From positions 36,270,001 through 36,334,000 of the forward strand of contig NW_027361683.1 in NCBI RefSeq assembly GCF_039654945.1: a stretch of DNA of 64,000 bases. The letters are read 5' to 3'. Below are positions 26,601 to 38,917 of the stretch, in pieces (within the stretch, counting starts at the first letter, position 1; each line of letters begins with the position of its first letter). The DNA comes from Dendrobates tinctorius. Taxonomy: Eukaryota. A program made the position numbers and the translations under genes. The notes under the pieces are model-generated. The model was not told the DNA's origin and made no database searches. It saw nothing but the letters and a program-made list of their open reading frames with translations.

Positions 26601-26744
26601 GGGATAGATATGGTACAACCCAATGAAAGAGGAGGAAAAATAGGGAATCTTTTAGCTAAAAAAGAAATTAGGTGGATTTGGACTCTAGATACTGTGTCTC
26701 CCAATGGCTTGAATGAGAATTTGAGTTTTACTCCTTTTTTGTAA
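23682..26744 (+). pseudogene. PLE RT + GIY-YIG endonuclease (~1020 codons) with a single in-frame TAA at 25224-25226
   Basis: KPADKG, PKVHK..PGRPI, GTAMG and FIDD motifs; CGKCVAC linker (Neptune hallmark); VIY...IYVG; GLN end; the two ORF-track pieces are in the same frame. Confidence 0.93.
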
Positions 26745-26979
26745 ACCTTGCCTAGTTTTAATCAATTTTTCTATATAATTTTTAAACCAATTTTACTTAA
26801 TTCTAAGTCGTTTCGTGTTTTTAATCTTATATTTTTTTTATCTTTTATAGACTTATTTGATTTCGCATATGGTTGTATAATATTCTGGCTGCAACGATAT
26901 TTTTCCTGGATTCGTGGATATTATGTGGAACTAAGAAGCTGTTATGAAGGCTCACATTTGTTGGATATTACTCTTTAGT

Positions 26980-27600
26980 TTTTAGTAATACTATATATTA
27001 CATTATGTATTCTTCATTATTAGTTATGGTTTTTATGTATATACAATATTTCCTTAGAATTATTGGTATTGTGTTTTTATTATAGATATTATATTATTAT
27101 TATTATTTTTCTATATATTTTTTGCACATTAATTATCATTTTTTACTCATATTGTATGTGTATTATTATCCTTAATGAATATATATGTACATTATTTAAT
27201 TTATTATATATTATCACATTTTTTCTTTTTCTTATTTATTATTTTTATATTATTTGTATATATTTTATTTATTATTTATCACTTTCATTATTTATTAATT
27301 ATTATTTTTTATTTTTTATTTTTATTATTTTCTAATTTTTATTTTTTATTTTTTGATTCATGGCTGTATATATATATATTTTGTATATTTATTTTTACAT
27401 TAATTGTTATTTATTATATGTAATTACACATATATATATTTTATTATTTATTGATGTATTTAATAATATAAATATTATTATTTATTATTTCTTGTATATT
27501 ATATATTTTTTTATCATTTATTATATACTACATTGTAATTCACTTATTTTTCTTTGAATATGTATGTTATTTTCAGTATCAATTGATCGATATAAAATAT
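26980..27600. repeat. AT-rich low-complexity 3' region of PLE1
   Basis: Almost only A/T, with TAT/ATT runs. Confidence 0.7.
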
Positions 27601-27639
27601 TGTATTGATTGCGGTTATTTCCACTCTATCTTATTGATG

Positions 27640-27870
27640 CGATGCTCCTGGTGGTGCGCATGCGTGCTCCGTGTCCGGCGTCCTGACTTGCCGCGTCCTC
27701 GTGACCTTGGTAACGCCGGGCTTAGTGCCTGTGTGTTCCGGTCACGTGGTCCGGCGCTTGGGATTGTGGGACCTCCAGACTGCGCATGCGCCACCCCCAC
27801 ACCCGGAGCACTGCTATCAAAATCAGCGCTCATATGCTGATTGGCGCTACTTGTGTCCACATATAAAAAC
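27640..27870 (+). promoter_or_regulatory. Putative Pol II promoter in the PLE1 pLTR
   Basis: CpG-rich patch with two GCGCATGCG (NRF1-like), CACGTG E-box, reverse CCAAT, and TATAAAA at 27862. Confidence 0.55.
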
Positions 27871-27893
27871 CCCCCGGATCCCTTATGTAGCCA

Positions 27894-27932
27894 CCCCCTG
27901 ATGAAGGAAAGATTCCGAAACGCGCGTCGGGG
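27894..27932 (+). ncRNA. Minimal type I hammerhead ribozyme
   Basis: Canonical CTGATGA and GAAA core; helix II GGAA/TTCC; palindromic helix III ACGCGCGT; GUC site; helix I CCCC/GGGG. Confidence 0.9.
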
Positions 27933-29228
27933 AGCGCGTGATAGGGACGTGGTGACCCCTATAGGTAATGATCTGTCTATGTTATACCGCGCTATATATG
28001 AATTAATTGCTATTTTCCAGAGATAAAGGTGGCACTGTTTGTTTCTTTGTGCACAGTTTTGGTTGCACAGGCACTCTGCACTTTATTTTGGACATGTGGA
28101 AAACCTTGTGGATACATATAAATGTGGTTTTAAAAGGCACATGTATTTAAAAGGCACATATATTTTTGTATTTTTGTATAATATTATTATGTGATAATTT
28201 TGCACATTGCACTTTGCTCCTTTTCATGTGTGGTATTTATTTAATATTATATTATTATTTTTATGTAATTTTTGCACTTTCTTTATAATCTCTTTTGGAA
28301 AATGGTCATCTCATAATATATGTGGTATACTTATTTGATATAATAATTGGGTCCTATTATTCCTTTGAACATTGTTACATTGTTCCTATACGTGCACTTT
28401 TTTTGTTTTAATTGGTTTTAATATAACCACCTGTATAACACAAATATAATAAAATAATATTTAATAAGTACACCCTGTCTGGTTTTCTTTGGTATAGAGG
28501 TCTTTTGATTGGTTGGTTGGTGTATTTTATCTTAACAGTGTGTTATCACTGATTTCACTGGACACTGGTGATATATTTTATTAATTTTATTATTACTATT
28601 ATTGTTATTATTTTTAATATAGAATAATATATTATATCCAGTGTCGGTGTGTTCTCTTCTAGTTACCGGAGAACGATCTGAAATAGATTTATTAAGCATG
28701 GAGACGGAGGAGAACCTTGGCAAGGAGAAGACATCTGTGAGTATCAAGTCTATTCTAGAGGCCGACTGATGGCCATCAGAAAAATGAGTAAATTCTCTAG
28801 ATGTGGTGTTCAAACAGCGGAATGAGTCGAATAGCTCGTGATTATAAATCCAGCTGTTCAAGGATTGCAATCTTTTTCTGCTGGGGGAGGTGGAGTCTAG
28901 TGTATTATCTGGCACCATATTAAAGTCACCTAATAAAAGTAGAGTTCCTGAGCGTAAGGTGTCGATTTTTTTCATTAGCTTATTTAGGAAGCTAAGTTGT
29001 CTGATGGTGGGAACATAAGTATTAACTATTGTGAAGGTGTGGCCGTTCAATTTGCATAGGGGAATATGATAGTGACCTTTTACATCCTTGACTTCAGAGA
29101 GAAATTCAAAGGAAATTGAATTACCAATCAGGGTTAAAACCCCAGCTTTCTTTCGTGGGCTGCAAGACTCAAATACAAATGGGAGATTTTTGAGATTTAT
29201 AGAAGGGTGGTTGTCTTTTTTGAACTTA

Positions 29229-29624
29229 GGGTACCGTTACACTTAGCGATGCACCAGCGATCCCGACAACGATATGGATCGCTGGTGCATCGCTAAGTGG
29301 TCGTTAGTGAGCTGCCACACAGGCAGATCTCACCAGCGACATCACAGGGGTCGGGGGTCGCTACTTACCTGTCAGACATGGCGATCCTGACGTCCTCCCG
29401 CCCGCGTCCACGCGTCACTCGTCGGCGCCACAGGAAGCCCAGCATGAATTGCCCGATGAGAAATGATCCAGGACCTTCTCGCGCAACCAGCGATGAGCAG
29501 CGGGGGAGCCGGTCAGAGGTAAGTATCAGACATAGTGATATGACTAGCAATATCGCTATAACGTCACAAAATCGGTGACGTTACAGCGATATTGCTAGCG
29601 ATATCGCTATGTGTAGCGGGGTCT
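29229..29624. mobile_element. Harbinger-like MITE in the L1 endonuclease region
   Basis: TTA TSD; removing it restores LQETKFKK. Confidence 0.85.
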
Positions 29625-30187
29625 TTAGTTTCTTGGAGGCATACAACCTCAGGATGTAACCCGTTAATTTCTTTACCAATGGAAAATCTCTTCCAAGGGC
29701 TATTTAGCCCCCTGACATTATAAGACACAACTTTTATTTTCATGTTACAAGAGTGGCAAGGACCGTATGAAGTGGGGTAGATAAAATGAGGAAACCAGAG
29801 GGCACCTACCTTTGAAGAACTTAGTTAACAAAAAAAAACAAACTTAAAACTGAAGACCTGTTTAAAACCGAAAACAGAAAAACACAAAACAGTAAGAACA
29901 AAATTGTCCTTCAGAAAGAGCCTAGCCAGTAGGCTCTAATTCCTTAGTGGGGAAAGTTTGTGTAAGGATCCCATTAGAGGCATCCTTTAGCTGTCAATCA
30001 TAACTGCACTGTTCCTAGGAGGAAAATAATCTCATGTGATATATGAGTCCATAAAGAAGTAGAGATGTAAGAAAATCTGTGGAAAGAAGAATAATAAGCA
30101 GAGTAATACACTGAACAAATAATCAAAAAGTGTAGAGAGGCCTTTTAACCAGGAGAGAAAATATGTAGGCAGGGTCTTTCCGTTGGA

Positions 30188-31294
30188 TCATCCCGTCTCT
30201 GAAGAGGGCCTGGGGTCTTGAGAGTTAGAGTTTCTATGGCGGTCGGGTAACCTGCAGTAGCACAGGAAATCTCTTCCTTCCTTAGGTGAGAATAGGACGG
30301 CCGTCTTTCCTTTGTAGAATACCAAAAGTTTAAGTGGAAAGCCCCATTTATAGGGGATATTATTTTCCCTCAAGGTGGAGGTGACTGGCTTAAAAGACTT
30401 TCTTCTTTCAATCGTTTCCTTTGAAAGATCCGTGAATAGCTGAAGGTGAGCATAGGGTTCTGGAAAACCTCCTAGATCTTTAACCGATTTTTGAATCTTT
30501 TCCTTGATCTTGAAGAAGTGGACCCTTAAGATGGTATCTCTAGGTAGATCTTTATCGATATTCCGTGGTTTGGGAAGTCTGTGGATCCTATCTATTATGA
30601 GATCCTGGTCTGTAAGTGCCGGTAGTAATTTTTTGAAAATTGTCTTGACGAAGTCTTCTAGTTTATCCGGTGAGATAGATTCTTGTATTCCTCTTATTTT
30701 CAAGTTGTTTCGTCTGTTCCTGTCTTCTATATCCGCAACTTTAAATTTAAGTCTGTGAAATTCAGATTTGAGGTCATGGGTGTCTTTTGATAAATCATCA
30801 GTGTGTTCTTCCACTACAGTTAGCCGTTTTTCGTGGTTGTCTAACCTACTGCTAAATTTATCCAAGGTGGACTGTAAAATTTTATTTTGGTTTTCAAATG
30901 ATTGAGACATACTGGATGTGATTTTCTGGGCGAGAGTATCCATGTAAGAGTGTATGGATATAACATCCAGATTTTGGGAAGGAGAAGGATTGGTGTTATC
31001 CATCTTAAATTTTGACCTTTCCGGCGAAAAGTTTGGTGAATTATCTCCAGAATCGGGACTTTAAGCGTCGGCTGGCGATGTGAATTTTTCAGAAGTTTTA
31101 CCAGGATTTTTCCTTTTTGATAAGAGAGATGTATCCATGACCTCTTTATGAGGAAATCTGGCCTTAAATGGGTTAACGATATCCACTTGATCTTTAAAGT
31201 GAGGATTGTAAGAATCCTGAAATTTTTGTGCTTTTTGAGGAGTCGTATTAGACACTTTCGTTGATTTGGAAACTGGAGTAGCCTTGTGACTCAT
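30188..31294 (-). pseudogene. L1 ORF1, ~368 codons, with one in-frame TAA at 31061-31063
   Basis: Coiled coil; EDRNRRNNLKIRGI, IDRIHR, LFTDLS and WGFP motifs; the two ORF pieces are in frame. Confidence 0.9.
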
Positions 31295-33619
31295 CTTGTG
31301 CCCTTTTTTGAATCCTGCCTTGCAGGGATTATATTAGAGAGAATTGATATTATTGGTGATGTTTATACTGAATAAACATTAAAAATATAGAAAATTCTTG
31401 TGTCTTCCTATGCCTCTTTATAAAAGGGACCGTGAGGAATGAGATGCACCACAGAATCAGATGGCACTTTTAATATTGTATGATGCATACAGTAAAATAA
31501 TTTATTAACTGCGCGCCGATATAGACGCGCTCCCTGTGACTTTAAATGCAGCCGTGACAGGCGGCTAGTCTTCACACAGGGCTCAGTGACGTCAGTCCCC
31601 GCTCACAAAATATGCAACAGGGGAGCCGGCAGCTGATACACGGAACCGTCGAAGAAAGACAGATCACCCCAGTGGAGCCGCACAGGAGAGGTGGGGAGCG
31701 GAGGTAGCATAGAAATAGGCACAAATCACGGACTATTTTGTGTCCTTCCGCCTCACAGATCTGTTATGACAGGAAAATGGCGTACTTGAGATAGGACATT
31801 GAGATGGAAGAGATCCCTCCGCAGCTGTTATAGCTCCCGCAGCCACGCACAAAGCAGGGGAATATAGCTAAATTAGGACACCCTGGGACTTCCAAAGGGT
31901 CTAAAACAGACAAGAGGAGATTCCAAAAAAAAGTCAATGTCTTTTAATTATGCAACGAGAGAAATCCTGTCAGATTAGGCACAGCGTAGGGACCATTTTG
32001 TATCCTTCCGCCAATCAGCTGGTATATGACAGGATTTTTATAAAAAAAATCTCCAAAAGACAATAAAAATCTTTAAAATGTGGGAGACAAGCGTGGAGAT
32101 ACTTTTTCTGAGGACAAGGACAGCCGGTGGGTAATGGAGGGAGTAGGGAAAGGATTTTTTCCACTCATGGTTCAAAATGGTGTCACCTTGCAGTAAAATG
32201 GCGGGAAAAGTCCTCAGATTTCAAAAATGTCTTTTTCAATGTCCTAAGCTCAGACAAGGGCTCTGAGTAACAAGAAAACAATCCTTCCGTGGGTTATTTG
32301 CCGCTTTAGGAGATGCCTCCTCAGAGATCCTGAGCCGTGCGTGTTACACCATCGGCAGCTCAGGCCACGCCCCCTTTACTCTTTCTGAACACCTATATCT
32401 GATTGTATAAAATACTCTATTGCATCCATGATGATCTCATAAACAAGTGGATACAGGCCATCTGGCTCTCTTTTTCTGATCTTGCGTCTTATAGGGAGAT
32501 ATAGGGACAGGCGACGCACGAGCGGGGGCGCAATTCTCGTGTTTCTTAGGGTGCCAACCTCCGCACCTAGGTAGGTGTTCAGTTAGGCCAAGCTATCTAT
32601 AGGGCAAGATCACTCTTTTCCACACACCAGCTGAGTGTAATTGTAATTAGAGTGCAGCACTATATATCATTCTTGTACATATTGTTCTTGTCCCTTCCCT
32701 TTTCGTTTTTCTTTTTTTTGAGGCTCTTATAGGCTGTTCTTGCAGGAATTTTTTCCTGTTGCAGTTTGTTATATCTGGCCAGATACATTTAACTGGCTTT
32801 TTGACTGGGTAGATCAGTTTCATCTGCAAGTTATCATCCATTTTTCTTTAGTAATGCTGGAAGCCAAGTTAGCCCATGGAGTAGGGGATATTTGTATCAA
32901 AAATCAGGATTAAGGTTTTTTTAAAGGTACTTAATAAAAGTTACATTTTAATAGGGTTTTTTCAGTAAGTCGGTTTATACTCAACCCTTTTTCTATATAT
33001 TTTTTGTAAGCTTGGGATATGGAATTAGGTAAAGTATTCAATGGATCCTAGGTATAGGCACAGTTGTTACTGCTTGCTAGGATGAAGCCATCACAGAAAG
33101 GGCACAGACTTTTTTCACTGTTTATTCTTTCAGGGGTGTGAAGAGGAGGAGCTGGCATTTAGACATAAATGCGTAAATGCCTGCTGAGGGCAGCTTGAGA
33201 AAACACAGACTCCAGGCAGCTGTCAAAGCTAATAGAAAAGCCCTCTGCAATTTATGAATGAACTACTTGATCTAAGTGGAACCATTCTGATTTTACATAA
33301 CAACAATAGCCCAATGGATACTCCAAAATACAATACATGAAAGTGATTCATTGCTCTTGAGTGGAGATGCCCATGTCCCATATATATTAGGATTATTTAG
33401 GAACTAAATTTATTTCCAATAATGTCTGTACAGATAGACTGGAAAGCATAGTTAATTGGTTTTTTTTTTAACGTTTTTTGGAAGCAGCATAATGTTAAGA
33501 CTACGTGCATGCTTAATCTTGTCTGAACATCTCTTTCTTACTACTATATTTTTAATTCATTAATATATCTTTGGTAAGAATTCCTTATTTGTGACATAGG
33601 GTTACAAATCTCCGGCATA

Positions 33620-33880
33620 GTTTTTAAGGAACTAAGTCCATCAAGTTTAAACTATAGCCTAACATGTTGATCCAGAGGAAAGCAAAAACCCCACAAGGCA
33701 GATGTTAAATACCCCATATTCAGCAATCAGACTAGTCCCCTGGATCAACGTTCCATTACAGAAGCTAGTAACAATAACCTGTAATATTGTCTGAAAGCAC
33801 CTAGGGCCTCCTTGAACTTTTGTAGTGAATCAACCTTTACAACATTATGTGGCAGAGAGTTCCATAGTCTCACTGTTCTG
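33620..33880 (-). mobile_element. Possible CR1-type LINE 3' fragment
   Basis: GGCAGAGAGTTCCATAGTCTCAC resembles CR1 ORF2 ends; degenerate. Confidence 0.35.
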
Positions 33881-34228
33881 GTCCATATAGATAAATGATA
33901 AATCTCAGCAATGCCCTAGACCAGGGGTACACAACCTATGGCCCAAGGGCTACATATGGCTTGTGATGTTGTACTGTGCAGCCCCCAATCATCTGATCAT
34001 AGACATGTACAGTATGTTTGTTTCTGTTGCTTCTGACATGTATATTCTTTGCCAGAGAGAAGTGTGGCGTAGTGTAGAGCTGGAAAGGGTAAATACTTAT
34101 GGCAGTGTCACTCTCTGGAGCTCACAAAATATTACCAAACTGGGTGTCTACTGACCCCACTCTACAAAGAAGCTGATGATGTGGAGAGGTGTTCATACAT
34201 GAACAAGGCTCTCTTGAATCTAGTTTTA

Positions 34229-34470
34229 AAGGAGTAGTGAAAAACATTTTAGCAACTCACATTCTAGCGTTTTTCACACAAACAAAAGTTCTTTTTAATC
34301 AATACATCTAGGAATAATAATAACTTCCACAATCGAATGTGTTTAAAAAAAATACTCCTGTGCTGAGATAATCTTATAAATGTGCTCCTGCTGTGTGCTG
34401 TGTAATGGCCGTGTCTGACCGTGCAGGAACATGGTCTGATCATACCACATCTCCTGGGCAGGGAGATTTT
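34229..34470. mobile_element. Truncated T2/Kolobok-type MITE end
   Basis: TTAA-AGGAGTAGT terminus; interrupted by a PLE fragment. Confidence 0.4.
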
Positions 34471-35570
34471 CCGAAACGCGCGTCAGGGCGCGTTCTTTAG
34501 GCACACCGCTCTCACCACTGTCTGCCTTATTGCTTTTCAGGTAATACATTATGTTGCATTGCGCTGTATATCTTATTGTATAGGCATTGTATTAGGGTAT
34601 GTCCCATTAGTATATCGGTCCCATCATTGCATGGTCAATTGCCTTGTGGGCAGCACACTGCGCTGTATTGTGCTGGATTATTCGGGCCGGTTCCTCTTTT
34701 CTCCAGTTTCTAACAGGCGCCTTATTACCTTTTGCGCTTTTTTGTGCTGGGTCTGTATTTGATTCGGCCCTTTTCAATTGTGCAGCGTTGTCCAGCGTGT
34801 GTGCTGCCTGATTCCTGTCTTTGGCCCATTTCTACTACATGGCACTTTGCATGATTTCTTTCAGTGACCTTTTGTATAGTCATTATATGGTGCACATTTA
34901 CTATCTATTTTATTAGTGCACCATTATTTTAAGAATATTGGATTTATCTCTATATTCAGCTTATTGTCTACAGCGCTATTTTTATTATTGTTTAGCGTCT
35001 TTTGTGGTTGTTCAGCAAAGAGCCTTGTCGTTATTATTGCTTTTACCNNNNNNNNNNNNNNNNNNNNNNNNNNNNNNNNNNNNNNNNNNNNNNNNNNNNN
35101 NNNNNNNNNNNNNNNNNNNNNNNNNNNNNNNNNNNNNNNNNNNNNNNNNNNNNNNNNNNNNNNNNNNNNNNNNNNNNNTGCACTATTTATTAACATTGAT
35201 TTATATATACACATACATTTATTTTTATGTTTATTGTTTATTGTCATTATTATCACTTCACCATTTATTACACTTATTATATATGTCTCTTTGCTGTTCA
35301 ACATGGGGAACGTTACATATGCTTTATCTGAACTATTTTTGCTATACAGTGGTGATATTATTATAAGCATAGATACTTGTTGATTTATTCAATGAGCGGT
35401 TTTTCTTGCCTTTTTTTATACACATATATTTTTATTGCCGTTGTTGTTGTCTGGCCAAATTTACAATAAAGGCTTATTTTATTATGTATGTTTTATTTTA
35501 TTTTTATACATCTTCATTATTCTGATTCTCTCATTTACATCACTAGTTTGTTTTGTTTTGTTTCTATATA
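34471..35570 (+). mobile_element. 5'-truncated PLE pLTR fragment with a half hammerhead
   Basis: Starts CC-GAAACGCGCGTC-AGGG, then a CAG|GTAATA donor-like motif and an AT-rich body; spans the N gap. Confidence 0.5.
35048..35178. other. Assembly gap (N run)
   Basis: 131 N. Confidence 1.
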
Positions 35571-35877
35571 TATATTACTAGTAGAATACCCACGGCTTCG
35601 CTCGCGGAAAATATGTTAAATTGTTGGTCATGGTAGCTAAAGTAAAATTTTCAGTATCACCCTGAAATTGACATTTTCAGAGTGCTACAGTAAAAAATTT
35701 TTTACACTTTAAATTTTTATTTTGGCATTTTACTAATTTGTCGTAACATTGATGTGAACAATTTTTTTTTTTAATTTTAACATTTTTAGTGATTTTACAT
35801 ATTCAATACATATTATGTAGTATAAACTATTACAATTTTTTAAACTATTTTTTATCAAAAATAAAAATTTATGCACC

Positions 35878-38800
35878 TGTCACGAAGTGACTGGCCCTGT
35901 GTGACATGACCAAACAAGCAAGGGAACATTGGGGAAACAATTACAATGGTGGGCCCTGCAATAGGGAACGGGAAATGGACACCTCCTGCACTCTCCTAAG
36001 GCTGTGCCCTGGTCTATCCTGACGTCTCTATACAGTTTCTTTCAAACCGTCACTGAGCAGGATACCTTAGCCCGCAACTTGCCCTGCACCAATCCCTAAG
36101 TAGGGAATTGGCAAGTGCGGACACTGGTCCCACCACTGCACTAATACAACACCAAGGGTAGACAGACAACAAAAGGAACAGGGTAACAAAAACTACACTT
36201 CGCTTTCTCTGCTGCAATGCACTGCACAGCAGAGTAAGGCACCAGATAACAGCATTCAGCTGAAGCACCAATGCACCAGCAACCTCCTGTCTTCAGTGCG
36301 GTTGGTATCCAAAAGGACCTGTATAAGAACAGTCAGCTGATGCATCAGGGGACCTTTTAACGGAAGGTGAGAGTGGTTACCACCTGCATCAGCAAACGCA
36401 CCAGCAGCAATGTAATTACACCAGCGGCCACCGGGGGAAAAAAAAGACATTAACCCCCAATGGCCTGAAAGGAAAAAAGTTTATATGTGAGAATCCAGAT
36501 CTGCCACATATCCAAAAATGGATTGTGACAGCACCCCTCCCTCAATGAGGGGGCCTCTGGACCCTCATCACCAGACCTCACCTGAAAGCAACCTACGGTG
36601 AGGATGCCTCGATCCACCAGAGTTCACCTTGGCAGTCACCTGACTCTCAGGTTTATGGCAAACTTGGACTGATGGAAGTGACAACATGTGTTCCGGAGGC
36701 GCCACAAATCTCCAGAGTGCCAACCTGGGGAATGAGTTGTGTACGGACATTACTGGGGGTAACTCCAGCTGGTAAGTCCCCAGGGCGAGAATGTATGACA
36801 TCCGATATGGCCCGATCACCGAGAACTCCAGGCCCCAGCAGCACAGTTCCACTGGATGTTTTTGGTGGACACCCATACATACTCATTCACACACAGGTCC
36901 GGACCTGCACGTTTATTGCCACGCACATGTTTGCCACAAGATGGTGAACTCTTTTCAGAACCAACAACTTAGGCATCCCCCTGTGTCATCACACTCACAC
37001 CCCCCACAATGCTCAGAAGGAACCACCACCCTCCTCTGACCCCTCCTCCTAAGAGGACTCCAACACTCAGGGTTAGCTTGTGGTGAGGGTTTAGCCTTTC
37101 CCATACTCCCTGGAAGCACCTCTGCTGCCCCCACTGAAGAAGAAGGGGACGGTTGTAGAATGATGGCAGAGACAGTAGCCCCTGGGTAACAGCCCTCACA
37201 CGACTGATCCCAGCTGGCAACTTCCTTGGACCGCCAATCTATGACCGGGTTGTGTCTTTTCAACCAATTAAAGGCCTGAAACGATGAGTGATGGCATTCC
37301 CCCCAAGATGTAGCATGACAGGGACTCCTCATGATGAGTCCCTATACGCAGATGTATATCATCCACGACTTGGGTCACCCTCCCCTGGCTAAGTGCGACA
37401 GAGTCAGTTGCCTGGATGCTTAGAGGTTTTGCTAGCATCCTACACCTCAGGCCATGGGTCTGGACAAAGTGAGCATCCACCAGATTGACACCTGCTCCAC
37501 TGTCCACAAGCACCGGTATACTCTCAGTTACCCCGCCAACCACCACTTCAGTAGGTAAGGTACACTGAGGAGAAAAAAATGGAGGAAATATACACTCCCT
37601 GGTCGCCTCCCTCCACACGACCAGGGGGACACGGCTTTTTAGATGGTACAGATATTTTGGCATGAGCTGGGCAGACACTGATGAAATGACCAGTCTGCCC
37701 ACAGTAAAAACATGCCCCCACACCACTACGAACTGCAGGCGACACCATTGGGAACTAACTCCTCCCGCCTGCATGGGCTCATCTGACTGCACCACTGTGT
37801 CCTCCTCCCTAGCGAGGACTACAGGGGGCATATTCGCCAAAGCCGCAAAAAACTCGTCTACTGACCATAGCGAAGGTGAATCAGCCGGCAGGGAGAAGGT
37901 CCAGGATTGAGGATTTCCCTTAAGAAGGGATATGATGAATCCCACCCGTTGTTCCTCATTCCCTGCTGAACGAGGGCAGAGCCTGAAGTACAACTTGCAG
38001 GCCTTCTGAAAAACCCAAAATTTATCTTTCCCACCAGAAAACCTGTCAGGGAGAGATATCTTGGTTTCTGGATGAGCCTGCACCTGAGCTGAGGCCCCGA
38101 ACCCCACTAATGGCTGTAGCAGCTGCATCACCTCACCACGCAGCACCCTAAGCTCATCAGTGAGGATCTGAAGAAGTTGGGCAAAAATCTGCATTTGGGC
38201 CATGGCTCACCAGAAAAAAACGAGATGGTCGGTGTTAATGTCACAGATGCGACTGACCTGGTATGAACAGGCCCAACAATCGGTCGGTCACTAAACGATA
38301 AAACAAACAAGGGAACACCAGGGAAACAATTACAACGGTGGGCCCTGCGAATGGAAACGGGGAATTGACACCTCCTGCACTTTCCTAAGGCTGTGCCCTG
38401 GTCTATCCTGACGTCCCTATATGGCTTCTTTCAAACCGTCGCCGAGCAGGATACCTTAGCCCTCTCTTGCCTTGCACCTATCCCTAAGTAGGGAATTGGC
38501 AAGTGCGGACACTGGTCCCACCACTGCACTAATACAACACCAAGGTTAGACAGACAACAAAAGGAACAGGGTAACAAAAACCACACTTAGCTTTCTCTAC
38601 TGCAATGCACTGCACAGCAGAGTAAGGCACCAGATATCAGCATTCAGCTGAAGCACTAATGCACCAGCAACCTCCTGTCTTCAGTGCGGTTGGTATCCAA
38701 AAGGACCTGTATAACGAACAGTCAGCTGATGCATCAGGTGATCTTTTAAAGGAAGATGGGAGTGGTCACCACCTGCATCAGCAAACTCACCAGCAGCAAA

Positions 38801-38917
38801 GTAATTACACCAGTGGCCACCGGCGGAAAACAGACATTAACCCCGATGGCCTGAAAGGAAAAAAAGTTTATATGTGAGAATTCAGATCTGCCACAGATCC
38901 AAAAATGGATTGTCACA
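35878..38917 (-). mobile_element. Internally deleted sushi/chromovirus-like Gypsy element
   Basis: LTRs 35878-36530 and 38239-38917 (TG..CA); 5-bp TSD GCACC; PPT at ~36531-36543; no RT or RNase H. Confidence 0.88.
37268..38203 (-). pseudogene. gag: gag-protease relic
   Basis: LPDRFSG...IISLLKGNPQSW gag; CFYCGQTGHFISVC knuckle in a shifted frame; VLVDSGA protease; GPY/F-type remnant at 36568-36876. Confidence 0.8.

Larger units (their letters stand above)
21852..28660 (+). mobile_element. Penelope-like element, Neptune type (PLE1): inverted pLTR - partial pLTR - ORF - pLTR with tail
   Basis: TSD AGTTACCGGAGAA (21839-21851, 28661-28673); inverted pLTR ~21852-22962; direct partial pLTR 22970-23640; 3' pLTR ~27418-28660. 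Confidence 0.95.
18408..29743 (-). pseudogene. L1 ORF2 (APE-RT-CCHC), fragmented
   Basis: Starts MKIKVVSYNVRGLNSP at 29743; LQET, GDFN, RIDLIL, SLDAEKAFD, LYADD and HIFWQCP motifs; split by insertions and frameshifts. Confidence 0.9.
18162..32371 (-). mobile_element. Full-length L1 LINE with nested PLE and two MITEs
   Basis: TSD (CCC)TTTACTCTTTCTG at 18146-18161 and 32372-32387; 5' end GGGGGCGTGGCC; AATAAA plus a short A-tail at the 3' end; ORF1 and ORF2 relics. Confidence 0.93.
10261..33013 (+). mobile_element. Non-autonomous PLE-derived fold-back element (~2.3 kb native), interrupted by Gypsy and L1
   Basis: Left arm 10261-10475 + 16674-17515 is the reverse complement of right arm 17672-18161 + 32388-32973; 40-nt unpaired tail at 32974-33013; 15-bp TSD GGGATATGGAATTAG (10246-10260, 33014-33028); hammerhead in the loop. 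Confidence 0.85.

Noticed and set aside
26748-27557. Hydrophobic I/F/Y-rich small ORFs
   Set aside because: Artefacts of AT-rich low complexity
27965-28020. 56-nt GT-AG micro-intron in the PLE1 pLTR
   Set aside because: Short for a vertebrate intron; the donor more plausibly pairs with the acceptor before the ORF; no RNA data
34916-35383. ORFs containing X runs
   Set aside because: They span the N gap
38220-38240. Tf1-type self-priming PBS for the sushi-like element
   Set aside because: The only complement found (~38833-38846) lies upstream of the likely TATA; not convincing
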